Below, piece by piece: positions 11,585 to 22,229 of a DNA stretch of 26,255 nt. The stretch spans positions 1 through 26,255 of the forward strand of contig JAQGDQ010001766.1 of assembly GCA_030141605.1 (NCBI GenBank). Direction: 5' to 3'. The notes beneath the pieces were generated by a model. It searched no databases. It saw only the letters and a program-made list of their open reading frames with translations, and was not told where the DNA came from. A program made the translations under genes and the position numbers. The stretch is from Tubiluchus corallicola. Lineage: Eukaryota; Animalia; Priapulida. Numbering within the stretch: the stretch's first letter is position 1; each line of letters starts with the position of its first letter.

Positions 11585-13015
11585 ATACTAATAATTTCAC
11601 TCTCCAGTTGTCTAGGAAAGTTATTTACCAGAATATTAAATGAAAGATTAAATCTATATCTAGAACAAAAAGGCATCGTATATCAGGTGATCACATATTT
11701 ACGCTTAAAACACTTGTAGAGAAGTAGGTTAATACAGTGGCCGCCGCTTATTATGGACACGGTTATTGTGGACAGCCGGTTATTGTGGACAACTCGCGAG
11801 GGACGGAATTTTCCCCTAATAAAATCCGCCGGTTAATATGGACAACCGCCGCTTAATATGGACAGCGAACCTATAACGTAAGGTCATATAACGTGAACCA
11901 GCCGTGCCAACCACGGCCTGCGCGCGTGATTGAAAAGAGCTTCCCGCTCTGCTGCCTGTGTGAGTCATTGCATCAGTCAGTTCGCCGTTTGCCGTGGCCT
12001 TGAGAGCTTCGAAACTGTGATAACTTCCTTCCGTTCAAGGTTGAGAGAAAAGTTTCCTGCCAAACAAACTCGTCTGACTTCTTTTTTTCAATAAAACAGG
12101 AGACGAGTTGATACAGACAGTTTTTTGCCTTTTTTAATGAAGGGGAAGGGTCTTCATGGGTCACTTCGCTTAATATGGACAGCCGCTTAATATGGACATA
12201 CACTGCTGGCCCGAGGTGTCCACAATAAGCGGCGGTCACTGTAATAGCAAATACTTATTTGCGTGCTTTGTTAGACTTTCGCAAAGCATTTGACACAGTA
12301 TGGAGAGATGGGATGCATTATAAGCTGCTGAATTATGGCACTGGGGACACTTTCTTCAGATTGTTAAAAATATGTATGAAAACATTAGTATGGCAAATTC
12401 CTCTATAGTTATCAGGGCTATCCTTGCATCCTGATTTATGCACCGAATGAAAATAACAATAAATTTAGAACGTAAAAACTTTTTAAAAATTCTTATAAGA
12501 TGGAAAATTATTTGTTGGTAGGTATTCCAAAACATTTCAAAGCTATCTTAACAAGATTTCGTATTAGTGCTCACAAATTAGCAATTGAAATCGATAAATA
12601 TCATAAGCCAAAAAATACCTGTAGAACAACGAGTATGCAAAAATTGTATAACAAATATGTACAAAGTAGAGGATGAATTGCTTGTAATAACTGAATGTCC
12701 ACTGTACGCTCATATAAGAGAGGAATGTTTTGGTATCCTTATTGATTTCTGTCCTAACTCTTATTATAAGTCTTCCAATGAGCAGTTCGTGTTTTTAGAT
12801 GCATGAAAAGATGGAGAAGTTATTAAAATTAATGCTAGATGGCTCCACAGTTTGAAGATAGGCCCGACAGAGATAACTCAGTGCAAGTCTGATAAACTGA
12901 CTAACTGTATTATACCACTTATATGTGGTTTCTTTCTTTAGATGTATAATGTTTTCAAGTTCTTTGTCTTTTGTAATTTCTTTCTTTAATGGTTCAATAA
13001 ATAAATAAATAAATA
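11585..13015 (+). mobile_element. Decayed LINE (L2/Crack/Daphne-like) ORF2 fragments, internally deleted and interrupted by a MITE
   Basis: ISLSSCLGKLFTRILNERL; DHIFTLKTLVEK*VN|NSKYLFACFV-DFRKAFDTVWRDGMHYKLL; C-terminal FRISAHKLAIE...EQRVCKNC...VEDELLVITECPLY; (AATA)n tail at about 12996-13013; stops and frameshifts present. Confidence 0.85.
11735..12241. mobile_element. pogo/Tigger-type (Tc1/mariner superfamily) MITE
   Basis: 26-bp TIRs cagtggccgccgcttattatggacac / gtgtccacaataagcggcggtcactg (2 mismatches), TA on both sides (11733-34, 12242-43), several subterminal tta(t/a)t(a/g)tggaca repeats; removing it restores the LINE reading frame. Confidence 0.92.
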
Positions 13016-13233
13016 TTAACGTCAATTTTTGTAATTATTTACATTTATTAAAATAGTTTTGGAGTGCTAACCCTCTCTCTCTCCCCTCTCCTTTCCTCTC
13101 TTCGCCTCTCTCTTTCTTTCTCACCCCCCTCTCTCTTTCCACCTCTTCCTAAGTTCCTTAGTCCATTTCTCAGTTATACAAAACTTTTCTCAAAAGTTGT
13201 CACAAGTCTGCTTCCATAACTGGTAAAGTGAAT

Positions 13234-13280
13234 TTATTCATGGGATAGCTTCATCACCTCTTTGTCCAATCGTTCCCATC
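13234..13280 (-). CDS. TTLL4: TTLL4-like, probable terminal coding exon ((R)WERLDKEVMKLSHE*)
   Basis: Acceptor tatttcag|GA completes the phase-1 codon from the previous exon; TAA at 13236-13234. Homology is weak; support is mostly phase and acceptor quality. Confidence 0.6.
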
Positions 13281-13316
13281 CTGAAATATAGAATAAGATT
13301 GAAAAGCGAAACCGCA

Positions 13317-13728
13317 GTCCTATTCACACTGTGCGTTATCGTTTTCTTGTACTAACGCTACATTCACACAGTTCATTACTCTTACACACAAATAGATCTT
13401 TTCATCTGTTCACATTGTTCGTTGCTGTTGTGTCGTAATAAAGCTGCTGTCCTATTCACACTGTGCGTTATCGTTTTCTTGTACTAACGCTACATTCGCA
13501 CAGTTCATTACTCTTACACACAAATAGATCTTTTCATCTGTTCACATTGTTCGTTGCTGTTGTGTCGTAATAAAGCTGCTGTCCTATTCACACTGTGCGT
13601 TACCGTTTTCTTGCAATAACGCTACATTCGCACAGTTCATTACTGTTACACACAAATAGATCTTTTCATCTGTTCACATTGTTCATTGCTGTTGTGTCGT
13701 AATAAAGCTGCTGTCCTATTCACACTGT
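13317..13728 (+). repeat. 132-bp tandem minisatellite, 3.1 copies (intronic)
   Basis: gtcctattcacactg at 13317, 13449, 13581, 13713. Confidence 0.95.
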
Positions 13729-13982
13729 TCAATACAGTTACGTTCAATTACAGATATCGCCCCTGGTTCATGACGTTCATTACTGCTGTGTCCAAATAAC
13801 CTCTAGTTCTACTTAGTACTTATGCTGTTCATTAATGTCATGTTCACGAATAAACACCAATCGGCACCATTTTTTTAAATGTCCAGACGACCCCCTGAAT
13901 TAAGCACCCCAGACGTGACCATTCTAAGTAACTTTACTGCTCATATAGATGTAGCTACTAACATTTTTTAAGCAAAACTCAC

Positions 13983-14193
13983 TTTTTATGGGATCAGAGT
14001 GATACTCTCTCGTCCATACGTCTAACAATAAATTACTGTATCTTTTTCTTTCAAAATATTTCAAATATTTGTGTGACGTTGGACTAGGAAAGATACGCTG
14101 GTAACCACCGCGTCTTTGGAACTCATCTTCTACTTCTACAAGTTCACGTACGTCAGCTGGTGTTAAATCATCCAGAATATGAGCTTCTATTTC
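13983..14193 (-). CDS. TTLL4: TTLL4-like exon, 211 nt (EIEAHILDDLTPADVRELVEVEDEFQRRGGYQRIFPSPTSHKYLKYFERKRYSNLLLDVWTREYHSDPIK)
   Basis: tatag| acceptor, |gtgagt donor, phase 0 to 1; matches the TTLL4 motif LDxLTPDDVRxLVExEDEFxRRGxFxRIFPS...YLxFFExxRYxNxL recalled from the family. Missed by the ORF track. Confidence 0.93.
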
Positions 14194-14196
14194 CTA

Positions 14197-14219
14197 TAAT
14201 ATTAATAATAATATTATTA

Positions 14220-14303
<84 letters not shown>

Positions 14304-14317
14304 ATTATTATTATTAT
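14197..14317. repeat. (ATT)n microsatellite
   Basis: Direct reading; explains the poly-Ile ORF. Confidence 0.96.
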
Positions 14318-14609
14318 GAGTTTATTTCGTATAAAAATATACAGTTTACAAAGATAAAGATGTTACGTTTTAATGAAGTTGTGTTGTTTTTAACTATAAA
14401 ATTTTTAACTATAAAATCAAACAACATTTCAACAACTAAACATATTATCACTTGATTTTGTAAAAATGATCCGTTTCACAAAATCTAACTACAATGGATG
14501 TTACAGAGGCTTGTGAAATCTGAAATGTGTGAGACGTTACAAACAACTGAAAAGAAAGGAAGATAAATACGTAGTATACAGAAGTGGTATTTTAAACATT
14601 ATTTAATAC

Positions 14610-14745
14610 TTTTTTCAATACAATTCAAAGGTTTATTTATCTCTAATATAATATTTATAGCGCAAATACAACAAATTATGTAAAATATGTAGAGAAGGGG
14701 TGGCGAAAGACCAGGAGGTCATCGAGTCAGCCACCCCTATATAAC
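14610..14745 (-). mobile_element. LINE-like 3' UTR with terminal stem-loop
   Basis: Minus strand: ggggtggc-tgactcgatgacctcctggtctttc-gccacccc hairpin, then aataaa and a ttgaa/A-rich tail, typical of L2/CR1 3' ends. Confidence 0.5.
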
Positions 14746-15630
14746 TTAGAAATATTATAAAGCACGGCAGACTACATGGTCAAGTGAATAAATACGTGGT
14801 TAGGTCTTAAGTGTAGCAAATAAACAAATACAAAGCAGTTATGTTATAATTATATCAATGAAAAACAGCAAGCAAATAATGCAATTAAAATTTAAAACAA
14901 CAACTGAACAAGTCATGAATGCAACAACAAAAAAGCAAGCAATCTGGTTAAATCATAAATGCAGCGAGTGGACTAAAATGCAGCAAATGAACGAAAATGT
15001 AGTTAAATAATGAATGCACAACAACAAAAAACAAAGGGAGAAAATTTGTGCAGTAGGTCTTAATTGTAATAAATGAACAAAAGCAATCAGTAATCATAAT
15101 GTGACAAATATACACAAAAAGCAAGCAATGCAGTCAATTTATAAATGCAGCTATTAAATGAAAAGAGTAAAGTAACATATCTACAGACATTCAACTTTAT
15201 AATAACCACACATTGTAGTTCCCTTGTAATTATATTACATTATACAGTGTTGTAAGAAGCTGTAATAGATATCTTAAAACATAATCTTTAAGTGAGTTCT
15301 TAACCTTTAATTTTACATTTTCGTTTAGATCTACCATATTTAAATCTTAAATTTACTTGACTGTTATTTAAATATGAAGTGATGATGATTGAAAAAATGT
15401 CAAGGTACCATGTGCAACGTCAGTTCAATACATTTTATGGTTTACTGGCTAAACAGGGCATGAGTTAATAATAGCAGGGCGCGTGTAAGTGTATTTGTAT
15501 AATTGTTCTACATACGCCAATCTACAGATGTGCTAATCGCTGTGTAGTTGTGAACTAACCTTAAGCAAATCAATCAAAGCACTATGTCAAAGCAACTTTT
15601 TTTAACTCTTATTTTCTATTTAATCCACAT

Positions 15631-15947
15631 TGTGGAAGTTGGAATTGTACATTGTAATTAGGTGCTGCCATCTATGGGCTAATCCTGTTACACTCTATAA
15701 GCTGACTTACCCTCTAAATGCATATACACTGGTCCTCTCCCTATTTAAAAGTAATGGTTGTTGTGAAGTCCTATACCTATATATACTGACTGTTTTTGCT
15801 TTCTAGTGCTCTCTCAGTGTTCAGTGCAGCAGTCATGCGACTCATGTGTCTGTAGTTTTAACAAACATTTTTCTGTTGTGTGCAGTGCAAATATGTATTA
15901 TATATTTTTTATTCCTATTCATACTTCTGTGCCTAAACTCAAACATA
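15631..15947 (+). mobile_element. Interspersed repeat, solo-LTR-like (copy 2, with internal deletions)
   Basis: Colinear with 8727-9100. Confidence 0.6.
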
Positions 15948-16074
15948 TACGTGCTTTGTATACAGATGTGTGCTGGGAGGCCCATACATACGGCCACGCA
16001 GCCCGTATTTTATATTTTAAATAATACAGCCTATATATTACCAATACAGCAAGCTTATATTTTAGTGGTCTTAC

Positions 16075-16174
16075 CAAGTCTGAAGCGTTTGTTGCAAAAT
16101 AAGCTCGTTTTTCTTCTTCATGTGGCGTCAGGGTCGAGCTATACAAAGATGGTGGCAAAGTAGGACCCGTCATT
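16075..16174 (-). CDS. TTLL4: TTLL4-like exon, 100 nt ((R)MTGPTLPPSLYSSTLTPHEEEKRAYFATNASDL)
   Basis: tttgacag| acceptor, TTG|gtaaga donor, phase 2 to 0 bridging the flanking exons; KRAYF resembles TTLL4 K(K/H)AYY. Confidence 0.85.
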
Positions 16175-16412
16175 CTGTCAAAGAGTGTAGAATTACTGAT
16201 TACATTGCAAAAATAATATTACACTATAAAACTGAGAAATTTTGAATAGGAAGAAAATAGATTTTTTATGTATGTACGAAAAAACTTTCCTTACAAAATT
16301 AAAATCACTTAGTATTGCGCTTACGTATTTGTAAGACTTGCGTACTATGAACTATGAATTTATTTTCACACATCAAAATACAATATTGTACACATTAATA
16401 AACTTTAAATAA

Positions 16413-17103
16413 AATAATTTGAGTAGTGCAAGGTGAGTGTACGACCACACGGTCATTAACACACTCACCTTACTTAAATGAAAAAATGATTATAGTTATG
16501 CATGTTTCTGTAGATAACTTAACGTAAATAAGGATGAAGTAAATGATGTAATAATTTGAGTAGTGCGATGTGAGTGTACGACCATACGGTCATTAACACA
16601 CTCACCTTACTTAAATGAAAAAATGATTATAGTTATGCGTGCTTTTGTAGATAACTTAATGTAAATAAGGATGAAGTAAATGATGTAATAATTTGAGTAG
16701 TGCGAGGTGAGTGTACGACCATACGGTCATTAACACATTCGCCTTACTTAAATGAAAAAATGATTATAGTTATGCATGCTTCTGTAGATAACTTAATGTA
16801 AATAAGGATGAAGTAAATGATGTAATAATTTGAGTAGTGTGAGGTGAGTGTACGATCATACGGTCATTAACACACTCACCTTACTTAAATGAAAAAATGA
16901 TTATAGTTATGCATGCTTCTGTAGATAACTTAATGTAAATAAGGATGAAGTAAATGATGTAATAATTTGAGTAGTGCGAGGTGAGTGTACGACCATACGG
17001 TCATTAACACATTCGCCTTACTTAAATGAAAAAATGATTATAGTTATGCATGCTTCTGTAGATAACTTAACGTAAATAAGGATGAAGTAAATGATGTAAT
17101 AAT
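16413..17103 (+). repeat. 137-bp tandem minisatellite, 5 copies, each with an internal hairpin
   Basis: gagtagtg at 16421, 16558, 16695, 16832, 16969. Confidence 0.95.
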
Positions 17104-17800
17104 AGCAATGGTATAAGAGCAATAAACCTGAAAGTTGAGAAAGGAAAACATAATATGTAATTACGACTTTGAGTGAGTCTTAAAGAGTAAAATTTTTTTT
17201 TTTATAGTTACGAATATGAATTATGTGATTGTCTGTCAATGTACCACTTATATGTATTACAATGCACCATATTTGCTTACTTGTGTATACGATGATATAT
17301 ACATATAACTTGAAAAGAAATTCTTTTGCCGACCCAGCAACAATATTACTCATCTTACTAACAAGATAAAATAATTATTAAAAAGTTTCTTACTTTTGCT
17401 TATTTAGCGGAAGGTATACGAAGAATATCCTGAATATTTTTGTAAAGTTTATCCGCAATGTAAAGTTTCCAACTTTCCAACTTTATGCAACGACCTATAA
17501 AATGGCTGCGCCTAACTGTCACCGTGGAAGTTTAAATTTACAAGTTGTCTACTACAAATGCATGCGCTGTGTGCAGTAAGATAGAATGTAGGTGATACAA
17601 CATTTCAAGACGATTTTTGTAGCTTAACGTAAGAATTCTCTTCCTGTCCTTTGAGACGTGAGGTGATTGGAAGAAAATGCGAAGAAAATGTCTAAAGACG
17701 TCATTTTTATGTACTAGTTTTAGTCAGTCACTTAACAGGTTACTAAAGCCAAAATAAGTAAACGGTTTCTGTAAAATTGAAATTAACATGGTTAATTTAT

Positions 17801-20800
17801 GCCTCTTCAGTGGTTTCCAGTGCTTCACTCTGTGTTTTAGCCATTACTCATTACCTTCACTGCATTTTACAACTGCTGCCTCTTCAGTGGTTTCTAGTGC
17901 TTCACTCTGTGTTTCAGCCATTATTCATTACCTTCACTGCATCTTACAACTGCTGCCTCTTCAGTGGTTTGTAGTGCTTCACTCTGTGTTTCAGCCATTA
18001 CTCATTACCTTCCCTGCATTTTACAACTGCTGCCTCTTCAGTGGTTTCCAGTGCTTCACTCTGTGTTTTAGCCATTACTCATTACCTTCACTGCATTTTA
18101 CAACTGCTGCCTCTTCAGTGGTTTCTAGTGCTTCACTCTGTGTTTCAGCCATTACTCATTACCTTCACTGCATTTTACAACTGCTGCCTCTTCAGTGGTT
18201 TCTAGTGCTTCACTCTGTGTTGAAGCCATTACTCATTACCTTCACTGCATTCTACAACTGCTGCCGCTTCAGTGGTCTCTAGTGCTTCACTCTGTGTTTC
18301 AGCCATTACTCATTACCTTCACTGCATTTTACAACTGCTGCCTCTTCAGTGGTTTCCAGTGTTTCACTCTGTGTTTCAGCCATTACTCATTACCTTCACT
18401 GCATTTTACAACTGCTGCCTCTTCAGTGGTTTCTAGTGCTTCACTCTGTGTTGAAGCCATTACTCATTACCTTCACTGCATTCTACAACTGCTGCCTCTT
18501 CAGTGGTTTGTAGTGCTTCACTCTGTGTTTCAGCCATTACTCATTACCTTCACTGCATTTTACAACTGCTGCCGCTTCAGTGGTCTCTAGTGCTTCACTC
18601 TGTGTTTCAGCCATTACTCATTACCTTCACTGCATCTTACAACTGCTGCCTCTTCAGTGGTTTCGAGTGCTTCACTCTGTGTTGAAGCCATTACTCATTA
18701 CCTTCACTGCATTCTACAACTGTTGCCTCTTCAGTGGTTTCCAGTGCTTCACTCTGTGTTTCAGCCATTATTCATTACCTTCACTGCATCTTACAACTGC
18801 TGCCTCTTCAGTGGTTTGCAGTGCTTCACTCTGTGTTTCAGCCATTACTCATTACCTTCACTGCATTTTACAACTGCTGCCTCTTCAGTGGTTTCTAGTG
18901 CTTCACTCTGTGTTTCAGCCATTACTCATTACCTTCACTGCATCTTACAACTGCTGCCTCTTCAGTGGTTTGCAGTGCTTCACTCTGTGTTTCAGCCATT
19001 ACTCATTACCTTCACTGCATTCTACAACTGTTGCCTCTTCAGTGGTTTCTAGTGCTTCACTCTGTGTTGAAGCCATTACTCATTACCTTCACTGCATTCT
19101 ACAACTGTTGCCTCTTCAGTGGTTTCCTGTGCTTCACTCTGTGTTTCAGCCATTACTCATTACCTTCACTGCATTTTACAACTGCTGCCGCTTCAGTGGT
19201 CTCTAGTGCTTCACTCTGTGTTGAAGCCATTACTCATTACCTTCACTGCATTCTACAACTGTTGCCTCTTCAGTGGTTTGCAGTGCTTCACTCTGTGTTG
19301 AAGCCATTACTCATTACCTTCACTGCCTTCTACAACTGTTGCCTCTTCAGTGGTTTCCAGTGCTTCACTCTGTGTTTTAGCCATTACTCATTACCTTCAC
19401 TGCATTCTACAACTGCTGCCTCTTCAGTGGTGTGCAGTGCTTCACTCTGTGGTTCAGCCATTACTCATTACCTTCACTGCATTTTACAACTGCTGCCTCT
19501 TCAGTGGTCTCTAGTGCTTCACTCTGTGTTTCAGCCATTACTCATTACCTTCACTGCATTTTACAACTGTTGCCTCTTCAGTGGTTTCTAGTGCTTCACT
19601 CTGTGTTTCAGCCATTACTCATTACCTTCACTGCATTCTACAACTGTTGCCTCTTCAGTGGTCTCTAGTGCTTCACTCTGTGTTTCAGCCATTACTCATT
19701 ACCTTCACTGCATTCTACAACTGCTGCCCCTTCAGTGGTTTGCAGTGCTTCACTCTGTGTTTCAGCCATTACTCATTACCTTCACTGCATTCCACAACTG
19801 CTGCCCCTTCAGTGGTTTGCAGTGCTTCACTCTGTGTTTCAGCCATTACTCATTACCTTCACTGCATTTTACAACTGTTGCCTCTTCAGTGGTTTCTAGT
19901 GCTTCACTCTGTGTTTCAGCCATTACTCATTACCTTCACTGCATTCTACAACTGTTGCCTCTTCAGTGGTTTGCAGTGCTTCACTCTGTGTTTCAGCCAT
20001 TACTCATTACCTTCACTGCATTCTACAACTGCTGCCTCTTCAGTGGTTTCCAGTGCTTCACTCTGTGTTTCAGCCATTACTCATTACCTTCACTGCATTC
20101 TACAACTGCTGCCGCTTCAGTGGTCTCTAGTGCTTCACTCTGTGTTGAAGCCATTACTCATTACCTTCACTGCATTCTACAACTGCTGCCCCTTCAGTGG
20201 TTTGCAGTGCTTCACTCTGTGTTTCAGCCATTACTCATTATCTTCACTGCATTTTACAACTGCTGCCCCTTCAGTGGTTTCCAGTGCTTCACTCTGTGTT
20301 GAAGCCATTACTCATTATCTTCACTGCATTTTACAACTGCTGCCCCTTCAGTGGTTTCTAGTGCTTCACTCTGTGTTGAAGCCATTACTCATTACCTTCA
20401 CTGCATTCTACAACTGCTGCCTCTTCAGTGGTTTGCAGTGCTTCATTCTGTGTTTCAGCCATTACTCATTACCTTCACTGCATTTTACAACTGCTCCCGC
20501 TTCAGTGGTTTGCAGTGCTTCACTCTGTGTTGAAGCCATTACTCATTACCTTCACTGCATTCTACAACTGTTGCCTCTTCAGTGGTTTGCAGTGCTTCAC
20601 TCTGTGTTTCAGCCATTACTCATTACCTTCACTGCATTCTACAACTGCTGCCTCTTCAGTGGTTTGCAGTGCTTCACTCTGTGTTTCAGCCATTACTCAT
20701 TACCTTCACTACATTCTACAACTGTTGCCTCTTCAGTGGTGTGCAGTGCTTCACTCTGTGGTTCAGCCATTACTCATTACCTTCACTGCATTCTACAACT

Positions 20801-21664
20801 ATTGCCTCTTCAGTGGTTTCCAGTGCTTCACTCTGTGTTTCAGCCATTACTCATTACCGTCCCTGCATTTTACAACTGCTGCCTCTTCAGTGGTTTGCAG
20901 TGCTTCACTCTGTGTTGAAGCCATTACTCATTACCTTCACTGCATTTTACAACTGTTGCCTCTTCAGTGGTTTCTAGTGCTTCATTCTGTGTTTCAGCCA
21001 TTACTCATTACCTTCACTGCATTCTACAACTGCTGCCTCTTCAGTGGTTTGCAGTGCTTCACTCTGTGGTTCAGCCATTACTCATTACCTTCACTGCATT
21101 CTACAACTGTTGCCTCTTCAGTGGTTTGTAGTGCTTCACTCTGTGTTTCAGCCATTACTCATTACCTTCACTGCATTTTACAACTGCTGCCGCTTCAGTG
21201 GTCTCTAGTGCTTCACTCTGTGTTGAAGCCATTACTCATTACCTTCACTGCATTCTACAACTGCTGCCTCTTCAGTGGTTTCCTGTGCTTCACTCTGTGT
21301 TTCAGCCATTACTCATTACCTTCACTGCATTTTACAACTGCTGCCGCTTCAGTGGTCTCTAGTGCTTCACTCTGTGTTGAAGCCATTACTCATTACCTTC
21401 ACTGCATTCTACAACTATTGCCTCTTCAGTGGTTTCCAGTGCTTCACTCTGTGTTTCAGCCATTATTCATTACCTTCACTGCATTTTACAACTGCTGCCT
21501 CTTCGGGTGGTTTCCAGTGCTTCACTCTGTGTTGAAGCCATTACTCATTACCTTCACTGCATTTTACAACTGCTGCCTCTTCAGTGGTTTGGAGTGCTTC
21601 ATTCTGTGTTTCAGCCATTACTCATTACCTTCACTGCATTTTACAACTGCTGCCTCTTCAGTGG
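17801..21664 (-). repeat. 77-bp tandem array, 50 full units plus a partial, intronic in TTLL4-like
   Basis: gcctcttcagtgg at 17801, 17878 ... 21652 (3851 = 50x77+1; one 1-nt insertion near 21505). Confidence 0.97.
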
Positions 21665-21697
21665 CCTACAGTGTTACGCCTCTCTGTCTATCTTTAC

Positions 21698-21760
21698 CTG
21701 TCTAAGGGGCAGTTCACAACCGTTACTTCTGTTACTCCTCTTCTTTTTCTTCTCGCTTTT
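21698..21760 (-). CDS. TTLL4: Possible 63-nt symmetric (phase 2-2) exon of TTLL4-like ((R)KARRKRRGVTEVTVVNCPLD)
   Basis: gtgtcag| acceptor and CAG|gtaaag donor, 77-nt upstream intron, frame-preserving; skippable and without recognisable homology. Confidence 0.5.
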
Positions 21761-21837
21761 CTGACACGCGTGATGTAAGAAGAATACAGCAGAACACATC
21801 ATATAGCTTTACGATTCAAGATATGAAATAGGCCTAC

Positions 21838-21984
21838 CTCTTTTCTTCACCAATAGAGTTTGCTGGCGATGATGATGATGATGATGATGATACCCGTGAT
21901 GACAGTAAAACTGATCTGTCTGGTATACGATATCCAGCCAAATTTAGAGTATCTTGCATCATTTCCTTGCCGAAATTTGCGAAT
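21838..21984 (-). CDS. TTLL4: TTLL4-like exon, 147 nt ((G)FANFGKEMMQDTLNLAGYRIPDRSVLLSSRVSSSSSSSSPANSIGEEK)
   Basis: ttttag| acceptor, GAG|gtagg donor, phase 2-2; KxMxxDxLNLAG(Y/F)xxP plus a Ser-rich stretch as in TTLL4. Confidence 0.88.
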
Positions 21985-22229
21985 CTAAAATCATAAACAA
22001 TGTGTTGTTTTGTTAACTGCAACAACAATAAAAAATGATTAAGCTAAACCCTCCCACTGTCCCAGATCCAAATTTTTGTTATTGTGAAAATTTGAAAATT
22101 ACGCAGATTTAACGTCTGGATGACAAGGTAATATAGCTTTTTAATAATTCGAGGATTAGCAGCAATGAACGTACTATTTCGAGAATTAGTGGCATTGCCC
22201 AGGTAGTCACTGCAATTGCTACGTTTCTC

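Noticed and set aside
17720-17768. Strong-looking minus-strand acceptor ttttacag| just after the array
   Set aside because: All three frames stop within 15 codons and there is no TTLL homology; it could only be a poison or alternative terminal exon, for which there is no evidence.
17801-21664. Each unit as a 52-nt exon plus 25-nt intron (AAG|gtaatg...cacag|), or a 57-nt exon plus 20-nt intron
   Set aside because: Introns this short are implausible in metazoans and lack a pyrimidine tract; the 52-nt version also shifts frame.
16413-21664. CRISPR array interpretation of the 137-bp or 77-bp repeats
   Set aside because: No unique spacers, no cas genes, eukaryotic context.
17777-21778. Long plus-strand ORFs (up to 445 aa) rich in Cys/Leu/Phe
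   Set aside because: Artefact of a 77-bp unit cycling through three frames; broken at random by TAG/TGA unit variants, mostly GTG starts, and antisense to the host gene.
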